A stretch of 62,685 bases of DNA, the filler included, from Sphacelaria rigidula (lineage: Eukaryota): the NCBI GenBank assembly GCA_964200075.2. It is 7 parts of 7 records of this genome, joined end to end, with 100 filler letters (N's around TTAATTAATTAA, not from the genome) between each part and the next. Parts side by side here need not be neighbours in the genome. Positions count along the whole stretch, not along the records: positions 17,941 to 26,809 come from CAXNAA020009883.1; positions 26,910 to 35,778 come from CAXNAA020009884.1; positions 35,879 to 44,747 come from CAXNAA020009885.1; 4 more parts are not named here. One strand, written 5' to 3'. Made by a program: the position numbers and the translations under genes. Shown one piece after another: positions 25,683 to 38,546 of the stretch. Numbering within the stretch: position 1 is the first letter of the stretch; every line of letters begins with the position of its first letter. The notes under the pieces were generated by a model. That model was not told the DNA's origin. It did no database searches and was given only the letters and a program-made list of their open reading frames with translations.

Positions 25683-26329
25683 CGCCTTTTAAAAACCGGG
25701 TCGGTAGAAATTCGGAACGGTAGATCGCAGGCCACTCACCAGCCCTCGTTTAGTTTTTGTGTGTTGAAAATTTGTGTGGGTCCTCGCTAGGACTTACTTT
25801 ACGAAACTCAGTGGGTCAGGTTGATTTTGTTTGTTTTTTTCGCTGGATTAGGGCGTTCTAGTATGGTAAAGACCATTTCTTCACGAGAACGCCCTAACCT
25901 CTATGAAAAAAATATATGACGGCCCATTTTTCTTTTTTATTCGGCACACACCTTCGTCGTTCTCCATGCTAAGGCTACTTTTTATGTGTAAAAAAAACGT
26001 CATAAAAAAGCCGTTTGTCGACAGCACGTTTTTCGACAGAATTTTTTCAAGTAGCCCGTCTTGACGTGATTGACGCTATCAACATTGGAAAAGTAGTGTT
26101 CATCGTTCTCTACAAGGCGTGTGGGCATAATTTCAACTTCTCAGGCGCGCGAGATAGACGCAACACTCTGCTGTCGTGTCGTGGTGTACAGTCCGCACTG
26201 TCTGTCTGTACTACTGTAATATATTGACCGAGCAATACATGGTGGGCTGCGTGACGCAAGACGAGCAATAAGAACACCTACTTGCTGTACCAAGTGACTG
26301 TAGAGCTGGCGGTTGGGCTTTTCCACTAC

Positions 26330-26790
26330 GATGTAATACTCGATTGCACGGACAGCACGGACAACAGTACAGACAGTGCTGTATTGTATGCATTGGCTGT
26401 AGTACTACAACAGTAGCACTATTCATGGTCTCGTGTGCACTGTCAGTACGGTCCTGTATCTACAAGGCTTGGGTGAGTAGACAGTCTGTACTGCAAAGCG
26501 ACGTATGTTCGCAAGACGCTGCATGCACAGGACTGAACTGAGCTGCAATTTCGCTGCTCCGTAGTACTCGATTGTACGGGCAGCACGGACAACAGCACAG
26601 ACAGTACTGTGTTGTGTGCATTGGATGTACTACAGTAGTAGCATTACCAATATTTTAGTCTTGTGTGTACTGTCAGTCTGGCCCTGTCTCTACAAGGCTT
26701 GGGAGCATGGGCAGTCTGTGAAGCACTGCGACGGCTGTTCGCAACACGGTGCGTGCACAGATCTGAACTGAGCTACAATATTGTACGGAC
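26330..26790. repeat. ~232-bp tandem duplication
   Basis: tactcgattg.acgg.cagcacggacaacag.acagacagt...ctacaaggcttggg...ctgaactgagct occurs twice. Confidence 0.85.
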
Positions 26791-26960
26791 TACATATAGA
26801 CTGTCCTGTNNNNNNNNNNNNNNNNNNNNNNNNNNNNNNNNNNNNNNNNNNNNTTAATTAATTAANNNNNNNNNNNNNNNNNNNNNNNNNNNNNNNNNNN
26901 NNNNNNNNNGTGGGGGACATGTCAGCTCCTGATGCCTCAGTCAAGACTTGTATGTCTCAC

Positions 26961-27085
26961 CGACAAAATCGATGCAGCGCGTAACGCTGCTCCTCCACCA
27001 TAAAGCCGCACGCCCTCAACGCCTCCCGCCCGAGGTTTCGTTCTCGCTCCTTCTCTCGCGCCACCTCTGCTGGTTCTCCAAGGTA
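26961..27085 (-). CDS. Internal exon, probably of the WHIM/WSD chromatin gene; ends in an HxFC zinc-finger-like motif
   Basis: ttccag|TAC...TGT CG|gtgaga gives YLGEPAEVAREKERERNLGREALRACGFMVEEQRYALHRFC. Same strand and contig as the WHIM exons. Confidence 0.72.
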
Positions 27086-28565
27086 CTGGAACAAGAAACA
27101 TGGTTGAAGAAGAAAAAATGAGGAAAAAAATATCCGTGCTTCTGTCACATGCTAGCAGACCTCAAATGATTTGTCATTGCACTTGAAAAAAGAGGGCCCT
27201 CGGGTTTGATAATTATCCATGAGGAAAACACTAAAAGTATCGCATAACGGTTTTTCAAAGCTACGCGCTTTAATTCATTGAAAAAAAAAGACAATAGGGG
27301 GGGGGGAGCCTCTTTCAATATTTTGAGCCTTGTCCTCATTATAAGAGAAAAAAAAATGTCGCAACGTTTCAACCTCACTCATCGCATTGAAAAAAACATT
27401 CTTCGAGACTTTGGGGCATCATTTGTGAGGGAATTCACACTGTGCTTGGAGGGGGGGAGGGAAAAAGTCTATGCGTGTGTATTTGTGGGGAAGGCGGGGA
27501 AGGCGTACCCATGATTCTGCATGCCGTCGTCATAAGGGGACCATTGACTTCGCGTACCTACGATGCCGGAACGGGGCACGCCGGGTTTCGCCGGACCATG
27601 ATTGGGAGGGAAGAGGGATGGAGGGATGGATATATTTCATAAATCGCTGCGTCTGATTTGCGATCCAGGGATTCGATAGACATACTTTTCTCAATCCATG
27701 CTCAATCTCGCGCGAAAATTTTCTTCGTCAGAGAGAGTGAGAACCAAACACCGAGTAAAGACAAAGCACTTTGAAGTAAGACAACGCAGGGGGGACAATC
27801 CTTTATACTTATGCTGCCACCTGACGACCCGTTCGGAATCGCTCTTCACTTCGGAAAATCATTACTTTCGAGTAACCTCAACTTTGACAAACCTCAAAAT
27901 GTATTGAACGAAAGCGCCGAAAGCGAAGCGGGCTGCGAAAACGGTGGGAGATGACATTAAGCACCGCATAAACAAAATTCCACAAATGAGCAACCCTGCC
28001 GTACACACAGGACAGAACTAGGAAACAGAATATATCGATACTTACAAAAACAAGTGCTCCACTCAAGCGGAGCAACGTGATTCGTAGCGGAGAAGTCAAC
28101 ACGAAACATTGAAAGTCAGAGTCAACCGTCAACAATCCAAGACAGAATCAGAGCCAGAGTCTAATCATACCAAATGAACTCTTTTGGAGCCGTAGATGGA
28201 AAGGTGATGTTTTACACGAGACACTTTTTTGGGGCAAGATAGGTTTGACTTTTCTGCAACTCTTGATGATACAGCCCACCAAAATGGTGCACCACTCTAA
28301 GTTCAAGTATACCACTCTTGTGACAAATTCGTGCACCGAACTCGAAGTGACATTTTCCCCTTGACAAAATGTCGCATATGGGACTATTCCCTGTTTTTTG
28401 CGAGTTGCAAGAGGGTTACACTTGCCGTCAGCATTCTCCACTAACAAAACGCCACATGAACCCCATCAAAACAATTCTGAGGCACCGGCTACCCTGAAAA
28501 ACGGGTAACCCACATCCTCACGTCCGTCATATTCCAAAACACGCGTGTACTAGTACTATTCCAAC

Positions 28566-28700
28566 CTGCTGTTCCTCATCCTGAGGATCTTCTTCGTCGC
28601 TACCATCATCCATCCGATTCAGTAGAGAACGCCTGTCAGGAGGGTCCAACTCCTGCGCGTTCACCCCCAAGTTTGTAATCAGATGCTCCCGGACGGCCGC
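28566..28700 (-). CDS. Possible acidic exon (host gene or TE-derived)
   Basis: gacag|GCG...CAG CAG|gttgga gives AAVREHLITNLGVNAQELDPPDRRSLLNRMDDGSDEEDPQDEEQQ. Phase 0-0, weak donor. Confidence 0.4.
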
Positions 28701-29349
28701 CTGTCGATTTGAGGAAGCGAATGAAGCTTTCAAAACACACGTTTTCTTTGCCCATGCTTTATATGTGTACACATTTTTTTCGTTTTAGTAGTCGAACCTT
28801 TGAACAAATCTTGATTCACAGCGATTTTTTCGGTTTCTTCGGTTACCACGACTCATGGCGGGTGCTGTTTGATCTCAATCTGTTTGATCTCAATGTTGGG
28901 GGAATCGAGGGACATGAGTACCCGACATAAGTTTCGAGGTAAAAAAAATACATTCCACGACCATTTTCGACTGAGATCCGGGCTCACCAGTCTTCGGGGG
29001 CTCTACGAGTGTGCAGCCCTCGGTTCTTGCTCTTCGATATTTTTCGCTCGACGGAACCACCCCGGATCGTTATAACGAACAATTCCATGCCTTCAAATTT
29101 TCCATTTGCTCGACATTCAGTGCGCTACAGCCCAAAAACCGTGTTTTTGGACCATATGCGGTCAATAACACCCCCCGATAAATGAAGTTTTATTCCGTGT
29201 CGTTCCGACAGCATAGAATTCAACAATGTGTCCCGAGTACGACCTACTCCATTTTCCAACGCCTCCCGACTCTCCAACTCTTGAGTGAAAGTGACAAATC
29301 GTCTGCGAAAAAAAACGATTGAGTGAGTACCATATTCGAAGTTTGACTG

Positions 29350-29655
29350 GTGAACACTTTCAACTTCCCCTTCCCTTCCTCCCCTCCCTTGGGACGAGTC
29401 CGTGGTCTCGAGGAATCAACCCATCTCTCCCTTCATACATGCCTTCCATGTGGATATCGCGGATTGGATGATGACCAGCACTCAAACGTTCTCAGTCAGT
29501 CAGGTTCTATTTGCTGCTCAGGTTCCCAAGCTTTCAACTGCAGGAATCAGATACTTCGAAAATTATTCCAAACTGGGCCCATCCAGCTGGAATCGGACCC
29601 GGGATCTTTCCACCCTCATGGTGTGTCGGTTGGACCATTACACCACCGGGACGCG
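29350..29655 (-). mobile_element. tRNA-derived SINE family 2 (diverged)
   Basis: ggaccattacaccaccggg (A box, reversed), ggaatcggaccc (B box, reversed) and the shared 3' block gagtccgtggtctc.agg.atcaacccatctc. Confidence 0.75.
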
Positions 29656-32600
29656 TTCGAACATACATGCATACCTTGCTTGATCTTCATGCCCATATAA
29701 TTTGGTGTTCCTAACTCTCAATTGTTGGGATCATCTCATTCGAGACAACGAACCGACCAATCGATCCCGTCGAAAACGCACCAACTGGAGAGCTGTCAAG
29801 GCACCTACCCCAACAAGCAAACAAGATTAATCGCCACCCCACCACGCCCTCTCAAATGTACACCTACTTGCCGCATTTCAGTTTGAACCCATCAGGGTGG
29901 TAAGATCGCGGAAAATATCAACGGCTGACCGACCTTCTACGTTGATAACGCCGATGTCATAGCCCAATGACACCTCTTTGTTTGCAAGCCCTACTCCCAA
30001 CGACAAATGGGCGCCCGACTTCTTCTCGGAACAATATCACCGGCTGACCTTCAACACCGATAACCCTGAGGCTACAGCTGAGTAGCTCCTCTTTGATCGC
30101 GAGCACCGCTGCCGATGACAACATATCGTATACTTCGGGGTCCCCAACCCCTGACGAGTGCGTATTCTTCAACCAGAGCTGTCATTCTCCACATCGTGCC
30201 AGCAAACGACCTCTCCTAACTACATACAAGCCAGCGCACTACTACGTGTATTGGGTTTCATGAAGGACACCTCCTGCAGAAAATCCCCAAACCTTCGTGG
30301 TGGTCAAAAAGGTTCAAGGATCAACAACGCTACCTCGCCAAGAAAATAAGAGGTAAAGAAAAGAGAAGGGAAAAAGCGTAAATTACATGGTTTGGCGAAT
30401 AATTAGCTAGGAGGGGTGAACTACTCATCTTGCATACCGTAAATTATAATACCACTGACCTCGCATCCCTTTAAAGTCGGGACGGAGCATGCCGGGTGTC
30501 CGCCAGACAAGGCTCGGGAGGAGGGGGGGGGGGGGGGGGTTTTCATGTGTTGCTTGCCTTAGTCGTCTGACCATTGACCACGCATCCCTTTCGAGACGGA
30601 GCAGGGGGGGAAGGGGGGAGGAGTATTTACATCCTGTTCTTGTCTCGGGCACGTCCATCATGTGACTATCAAGTGACAACGGCTGGGTCTCTGACGGTCA
30701 GTTGAAGTGCGACAATCGATCAATCAACCAATGGATAAATCGAATCGACCGAATCAACTCTGGAGCCCTGCCGTGTACCGCATGCAGTTTCTCGTTCGCC
30801 CTTTTCTTATCCACGCCGCAATGTACCAGAGTATGTTTCCATTTTACCAGACCGGATTCATACCTTCATCGTGCGCTCCCGTGTGCCCCTGCGGTCGAGC
30901 CACTTGTGTAACGCCTTCAGCTGAGAAACCCTGGAATAGACGCCCCATTCTCCCGCCAGCTCTGTGAATAACCGATGATCCTGTGTCCCATCATTATTGC
31001 GTGTAACAGTGAACAACAAACAGCACTGGCGTCAACACATCGATATACTCTTTGTCGCAGACGGACTCATGACAGGAATCTAAGGGCGGCCACAAGGATA
31101 ACAGTAATAAATGTTAAACCCCTTGGGTGGGCCCTGCAGACCTATTTTCGGAACAATATCAGCGGTTGGCGGTCAGCTACGGTTAACCCGACGATAAAGC
31201 CAAGAAGCTCCACTCTGCTTACGAGCACCATCGCCGACGACGCCACATATCGGATTTTCACTCCGAAATCTAAAGGAAGCGCTCGACGGGCTGCGGGGGT
31301 GCTGATAGCCATACTGTAGTCATGATCCAACTCCGGACAATAAATTGCAAGGCAGCAAGTACATCCCAAGGATGAGATGGGTTGATTGATTTCTCGACAC
31401 TGCGGACTCGTCTGGAGGACAGGGGCGGCGGGGTGTACTCATGATCATGCACGCCATATAATAGTCCTAAGACCATTGACCTCGCGGCGGCGGGAGGGGG
31501 GGGGGAGGGGGAGCTAAAGGTATGGTGGGAAGAAAAACAAACAAATTCGGTGCAACAAGGTAAGAGAGAGACACTCTAGTTGATCACGCAACCACGGTTG
31601 GATCCCTGGGGGGTCGGTTAAAGTGCAACAATCAAATCAAATCAAATAGAATCAAATGAAAAAACTCTGGCCATTCATGTTTTGCTGTTGCCAATCTACT
31701 AGCTTCGCATCACAACGTACATCCATTGCACCATCATATTCATCACCCCTCATCATCATCCTCACATTATAAGCAACATCACCATCACCACCATTATCAG
31801 CGTCATCATCATCGACGACACTTTTCTTCCTCTTGCCCGTCTCCTTCTCTCCTTTCCCCTCCACAAACAGCACATACATATACAGTGGGGGGCTCTCAGT
31901 ATTGCCGGGATGTGCCCACCACGGACACCGGCACTACTCTGAAAAGTGCCAAAACAGGTGCAATTGAGGGCTCTGAATACCTCAGTAGTGCCGGTTCTGG
32001 CACTACTCACGACCGTCCGTTCGTACAGTGCTACGCTTGCCCTTCGTGGGACCAACGGAAGCAGAAAACGGACGAGGACTTTTGTTTCAAGGGGTTTCGA
32101 TAGGATACGTCGCGTAAGGTTTCGGGGTAGCAGAACTATACCCGTTTTTTTTGTTCTTCACATTCAACTTGATTCATCCTGTTCACAGGTTGATCATTTC
32201 CTTCCCTACTAGCACAACAGCAGCAGCACGGCCACAAAATTTGCCCATGCCGAAAGACCTTCCCGATAAGAAAAACAAGGACACATCTGTACCCAACGCA
32301 ACCAAGAAGGTGGGGCATCTGGTGTGGAAAAAAACTCACGAAAGAGTACGCCGCCCACCAACAGGAGTGAGCGAGGAAGAATGAACCACACCCCTTTTCA
32401 CTCCCTACCGGCTACCGAGACAAGGAGAGAAACAAACGACCTCGAAAAAAAACACACCTAGGCAGCAAACTAGACACGACTCCTCCCGTGGCTGTGCTCG
32501 GGCGTAGATGCTACGGGCTACCCGATAACGGCGATAACCGGCACTGTTGAGGGTAAAAAACCGTTCAAACCGACACTACTGAGGATCATCTGTCAGTAGT

Positions 32601-32814
32601 GCCGCCTGGCACTACTGCGAGCTCTGGCTGTGTCCGGAGATTTTACCGGCATCATATAGGTCGTTGCCACTATTCAACCGACACTACTGAAAGCCCCACA
32701 CTGTATCTAATATCACCTGAAACGGAAAAAAACGGTAACCACCCCTACACGTCATACTCCAGTTCCGCAAAGGCGTACCACCTCTCATCGTTCCCACGAC
32801 GAGAAGGGACTCAC

Positions 32815-32965
32815 CTCTCCCCTGGCCAGCAGCCAGTATCTCCGTCGTTCCCGATCCGTACCCAGGGGCTTTAGCCGCACCTTCACCATCCCCAGCTGAC
32901 GAACCGTCTTCATCTCGGCATTCTCGGCCTCCATTCTCGCGTTAATCATCTCGGTTTCCGTCACC
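32815..32965 (-). CDS. Exon encoding the WSD (WHIM3-type) motif of a DDT/WHIM (BAZ/ISWI-partner-like) chromatin protein
   Basis: cgcag|G GTG...GGA GAG|gtgagt gives VTETEMINARMEAENAEMKTVRQLGMVKVRLKPLGTDRERRRYWLLARGE, with the R..PLG.DR..RRYW signature. Confidence 0.87.
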
Positions 32966-34027
32966 CTGCGGCTAGATGCACCGCCCCTACATTGTGTCAT
33001 GCGTCATGCACGGTCACGGGACAAGCACACGTCTACGCGTGACTAATCACTTTTTTTTTTTTTTTCCTTGAAGGAGGGGGGGAAACTTGACCCAACACTC
33101 ACCCCGCAAGCGGGTTGGTGTGCCGATTACCCAGAGGCTCGGCTAGACTGCCTCGCGGCAAGTCATGTGGGGTAGGCGCCTCGAGCGTCCACAAGCTTTG
33201 CTCAAAGCAGTGCGGGGATCCGACCTACTGAAACCCCCTGTCAACTTGGTGCAGTACACACGCCGTCATGCTCTTGAGAGCTGCGGCTCTGGGAACACCT
33301 CTCTCTTTACTAGGACTAACATCGATGTTGTGACTACGGCCGGGCTAGATTCCTTCTAATACCTATTAAACTAATGTGAAGAAGTGATGAACATACTTTT
33401 ACATTAATAGCTCAGAGACTCGCCATACACACGGCCACGGGACGAGTAATGCACGTGCGCGTGCACACCTATCCCGTGGCAACGGCTGGGCTCATCAGCG
33501 GATCGGGCAAAAATGATAACCTGAACATGCAATGAATCAAATCAAATACACGTAACTGCTCCATGTCGCATACAACTAGCTCACTTCGATCGATACGACA
33601 GCGCCTAGCGAAAAAAAAAGGAAGTATTTTGAATCCAAAAGCAGAAAAGTCACAGAACCAATCGAAATGTTGTACTTCCCGCAACCTAACACAACAGACT
33701 GGTGGCTGCGTCCTTCCATCTACAATTTCGAGATCAACTGCACGATCTCCATTTAGCAAATTGGTTATTTAACTGTTCTGTAAAAAATGTTCCGAAATAT
33801 TAACCGAATCCCCATGCGATGAACTACACGATGCCCATATATTTAGTATATTAGTGATTTCAATTGTTCTGAAATAACAGCCGGATCTCCGTACACCTTC
33901 CCACAGTATAGTATGATGCTTGGACCACACAAAAAACAGCGAAGCCCTGTTCCCACCAAGATGTTCACCATGGATCATGATCAAACACCAGCTACAAGTA
34001 AGGCAAGGCACACAGTTACTTCCTCAC

Positions 34028-34083
34028 CGGTTAGCGTCGCGGGCTTCTTGCTCTCTGATCCTTTGCCGTACAGCAGTTTTGAT
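34028..34083 (-). CDS. Small coiled-coil exon of the WHIM/WSD gene
   Basis: gagcag|ATC...AAC CG|gtgagg gives IKTAVRQRIREQEARDAN. Phase 0 in and phase 2 out, exactly bridging the 35070 and 32965 exon boundaries. Confidence 0.82.
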
Positions 34084-34549
34084 CTGCTCATAAAAATGAG
34101 GAGCACATACCGCAAACAAGGACACATATAAGACCAGACAGAGCCAAACAAGACGGGAATACCCATTGCGACACCAGTGTACAACACAACACACAAGGGA
34201 GGAGCTGGACACAGACAATGCACAGAGAGGCTTGGATTTGAGGGGACGGAAGGAAACGTGCGTCAAACCATCAGTCAGATACACGACATCGGCCCAGAGC
34301 GCTCTATGTGCTAACCGCCAAGTGAAGCATGATGTTGGAAGTTATCAAATACCACTCTTTACAACACAGCAGGATCCATTTTGTCTTCGTCATTCTGTTG
34401 TTGGATCAATTTTTCCGGTGGGGCAGCCACCACGTACAGTACATGAACTAACGACAACGGATATATGGCAACGACAAATAATGTCAGTAGCAGCAGCAGC
34501 AATAACATCAACAAAAGACACGAAATCATCTCCGGGGGTGAGACGTGAG

Positions 34550-34985
34550 TATTGGGGCGGGGAAGCGGGGTGTACTCATGTAAGCATGATTACGCATGCC
34601 GTAGCCATAAGACCCTTGATCTCGCATCCGTACAAAGCCGGGATGGAGCGCGCCGGATTCTCGCTGGACCAGGCAGGGTGACATAACAACTAGGGCAGGG
34701 TAAACAGTAAAACCTATCGCGCTTTCGGAGACATAGCTATGCGTACGTCACAGACCACAAAGACAAAGCATCACTCCCTGTGTCAGCATACTCGAGGAGG
34801 AAGGAGCATCAATTGTGCTCCATGGAGGGGAGGGGAGGGGAGGGAGGAGGGGGGAGAGGGGGGGGCGGGGGGGTGGGGGTGTACTCCTGATCATGCATGC
34901 CATAGTCATAAGACCATTGACCTCGCATCCCTACAAAGCCGGGACGGAGCACGCCCAGTTTTCGACGAACCAGGGGGGGAGGGGG
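34550..34985 (+). repeat. Abundant short dispersed repeat (two copies here; relatives near 4690, 23600, 27500, 30420-30600, 31420, 46670 and 53645)
   Basis: Core gggggtgtactc...catgc...gtcataagaccattgacctcgcatccc...ggacggagc recurs in at least five contigs. Confidence 0.8.
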
Positions 34986-35069
34986 GTAGGTTACAACAAG
35001 AGCCGAAAGGAAAAATAAACTACAACGATTCAGTTGTGAACCTCCACTCATTCATCAATCGCACATCAC

Positions 35070-35507
35070 CTCTCGGTCTCTCCGGTCGACGCCCTCCCGA
35101 GCCTCCAACACCTTCCTCACCAAATCGTTCATGGTCGCAGACGACATCGCCTCATCACACAGCCACGCTAACGCGTGGCACCTAGCAGCGGGAGACCACC
35201 AACCATACTCCACCGACCCCATCTCTCTCAACATCGCCAGAGGATCAGACACCGCGTCAGCTTCACCTCGGTCGCTCTGCCGTCTGCCCTGGTCGTTAAG
35301 CTGTTCGCCTCCGTCCATGGCCCGCTCGGCCGCGCGGCTGTTGCTATTGCTGCCCTGATGAGACACGAAGTTGCGGGAAGCACTCTCCCGTGGCACCGGC
35401 CCTTGGTCTGTGTCCATGTCGCTCCCGGTTCCATTCTCCAGTTCGGAAAGCGGCTGTAGGACGTGGGTCTCGTACAACGACAGGAATTCCTCGACAACGA
35501 CCCGAGC
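35070..35507 (-). CDS. Exon encoding a WHIM1-like motif of the same gene
   Basis: Open frame ARVVVEEFLSLYETHV...EYGWWSPAARCHALAWLCDEAMSSATMNDLVRKVLEAREGVDRRDRE|gtgatg. Y...P..R...L..LCD....S resembles WHIM1. The AAG acceptor is less certain. Confidence 0.8.
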
Positions 35508-35994
35508 CTTTCGTATATTTTTTCACAAGCATTTTTTTTCGAGTCATTTATACATATTACGGCACGGCGCGGTCAAATAAACCCGCGATGCACGTAGCGG
35601 GTTGATGGAGCGCGAGCAATAAGCAGGTCAAGCAGGTCAAGCAGGTCAAGCAGCAGGCAGCAAGCGGTAGCGACGAAGGGAGGGGAGCGCGCGCGGGGGG
35701 GGGGGGGGGGGAAACAGGGCCAAGAATATGAAGTGTCCTCTTCCACCATTATCAAAACAAAACAAAAAAACAACAAACNNNNNNNNNNNNNNNNNNNNNN
35801 NNNNNNNNNNNNNNNNNNNNNNTTAATTAATTAANNNNNNNNNNNNNNNNNNNNNNNNNNNNNNNNNNNNNNNNNNNNCAGACCCCCCCCCCCCTCAAAA
35901 ACCACCCCCCCCCGAGCACTGGAAACCCCCGGATGTCTCGGGACTGTGCGCCTGTACAACTGTTCCGAGGCGACGCTCGTCGTCTGAGGGTTAA

Positions 35995-37262
35995 TGCGGT
36001 TCTCTCAAGATATCGACTGGTATAATCCAATCACTGTTGAATATCCTACGGTAAAATATTCATTCGACATTTTCCCCGATCGGGGCCCAGGGTGACGTCC
36101 AAAATCACGGATATTACGGAATAACTCATTACGAAAATATTTTTTCCCCTTTTTATTTTCTCCTGTGTGGCACCCTCATTTATGCAATTCTTTTCAGCCA
36201 TCGTCTGTTATATTCCAACCACAGTTGATCATTCTACAGTAAAATTCGTTCAAAAGTTTACCCCGAGCCAGCCCAAGGGTGACGTCCAAAATCATGGATA
36301 TTACGGCATAACTCATGACGAAAATAATTTCCCTTTCTTCTTTTCTCCTGCGTGACAACCGTATCCCTATGGTTCTTCTAAGCCATCTGGTGTTACCTTC
36401 CAATCAAAATTGATGATTCTATAGTAAAATATTCACTCGAGAGTTTGCCCCGAGCCAGCCCGAGGGTAATGTTCAAAACCATCGATATTAAATATTACGG
36501 CATATCTCGTTGCGAAAATATTGTCTCCCGTTTTTCTTCTCCTGCATGACAACCTCATTTATGCATTTCTTTTAAGCCATTGTTTGTTTTATTCCAATCA
36601 AAATTGACGGTTATATGATAACATATTTGTTCAGACTCTTGCGCCGAGCAAGCCCAAGCGTACCGTCCAAAATCATGGATATTAAAACATAACTCATGAC
36701 GAAAACACTTCTTTCCCGTTTGTTTTTCTCCCGCGTGACACCCTTAGTGATACGGTTCTTTCAAGCCATCGATTGTTGCAATCCAACCACAATTGACGAT
36801 TCTACAGTAAAATATTCGTTCGACATTTTACCCCGAGCCAGCCCAAGGGTAACGTCCAAAATCGTTGATATCAAGGTATATCTCGTCACGAAAATACTTG
36901 TTTCCCGTTTTTTTTCTCCGGCGGAAGAACTTCATTTACACGGGTGGCTACTGGGGTGCCTGCAACCTCAAATTTGGATGTTACAGAAGTTGCACAAGGT
37001 CTGTAACGTCCGAATTTGAGGTTACAGGCACCCCAGTGGCCACCCGTGTATGCAATTCTTTGAAGTAATCGTTTGTCATATTCCAATCAAAATTGATGAT
37101 TATATAATGAAATATTTGTTCAGACTCTTACCCCGAGCAAGCCCAAGGGCAACGTCTAAAATCATGGATATTTAAGCATGACTAATTACGAAAATATTGT
37201 TTCCCCGGGTTTTTTCCCCCTGTGTGTCAACCTTATTCACACAATTCGTTCAAGCTATAGAA
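35995..37262. repeat. ~187-bp tandem satellite, ~6.5 units, alternating A/B subtypes
   Basis: The tccaa(t/c)ca...ttga anchor occurs near 36025, 36212, 36398, 36591, 36781 and 37081 (last interval lengthened by a MITE). ccccgagccagccc.agggt.acgtccaaaatc recurs in each unit. Confidence 0.9.
36939..37048. mobile_element. Hairpin MITE with TA TSD (Tc1/mariner-type) inserted in the satellite
   Basis: ~50-bp TIRs cacgggtggctactggggtgcctg... / ...caggcaccccagtggccacccgtg, flanked by TA. It interrupts the unit motif tcatttatgcaattc. Confidence 0.92.
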
Positions 37263-37623
37263 TGTTCCCGTAGCCCAAAGCTTAGAGAAACGGCGTCGAG
37301 TCTCCACTAACGATACGCCACGATATTAGAAATCTCTTCGATATATACCGCCATGACATTGGGTTAGCAATGTGCTCACATTCGGAGTCGAAACCCAAAC
37401 AATACCGAGAAACGGATCGGATAAAGAATTGTTCAACAGACTGTTCGAGTGTCCTAGCCAAACGCTCAAGGGTTGAGCGTAGCCCGGGGTCACAAATCAG
37501 AGAGTTACACATGAAACGACGTTAGAACAATACAGACATGAAGGAAAGAATATCTGAGATGTCAGAGGTGGCGGGGGTACAACTTCCCAAGGAAGATAGC
37601 CTCTCAGCAATGGGGGTACTTGC

Positions 37624-38150
37624 TGACAAGAAGCAAATATCATTTCGATGATGTTTCACCAAAGAGCACAATGCTCGCAAGATAAACATCATACCCACCG
37701 CTCTGTTACTAACACGAGGACTTTGTCATACTCCGGTGTCAGTGGAACCGAAGGCATCCTAGAACCTGGGCATGAATACCTCAAGCGTCCATGGACCGGT
37801 CAGTGTCTCAGTGCCCAGTCATGTATACCTAATTGATGCAGCCAGCACCACAATGCAAATGCACCTCAAAACAAACGTCTCCCCCATGACACTTACATGA
37901 CCCAAAATGACAAGAAGCAAGGGTCATTTTGACGGTGTTGTGCCAAAAGAGCACAATGCTCACCGGTTAAGAACATCTTATTCATCGCTTTGTGACTAAC
38001 GCGAGGATTTAGACCTACCCCGGTGTCAGCGGAACCGAAGGCATCCCAGAACCCGGGCATCAATAACCCAGGCGCCCGTAGACCGTTCAGCGCCCCAGTG
38101 CCCACTCATGCATCACCGACAGACGCAAAGCAGCACTAAAGTGCAAAAAG
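37624..38150. repeat. ~285-bp diverged direct repeat pair
   Basis: tgacaagaagcaa...agagcacaatgctc...ccggtgtcag.ggaaccgaaggcatcc.agaacc.gggcat at ~37624 and ~37908. Confidence 0.8.
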
Positions 38151-38546
38151 GCATCTGATGGAAACATGTCACATATGACACAGCTACATGGCAGAGGAAA
38201 AACAAAATTTAAGGATTTGCAATGCATGCACTGTTACTGACCACAGGTGGCTGAAATTTACTGGGAGTGTTAACTCAATGCCACAGTATAGAAAAGGGCT
38301 TCCTTTGCGATTAGCGGTGGCGTGACTCAATAGGGTGCTTACTGAGATGAAATTCGGGTCTGGTCATACAGTCTAGAGCAAGACCGGATTGTCACTCGAT
38401 TTGGGCTTAACTACTAGCTTTTAAAGACCCTATCGACTACGGTGGTGTGAAGACCAAATTTCGGTGTTGAGCTCGGCCTTTTCTATTGGTCAACGATGCC
38501 AAGTCCGCATCAGGGTTAGGATTACGGTGGTATGAGAGGCAGATTT

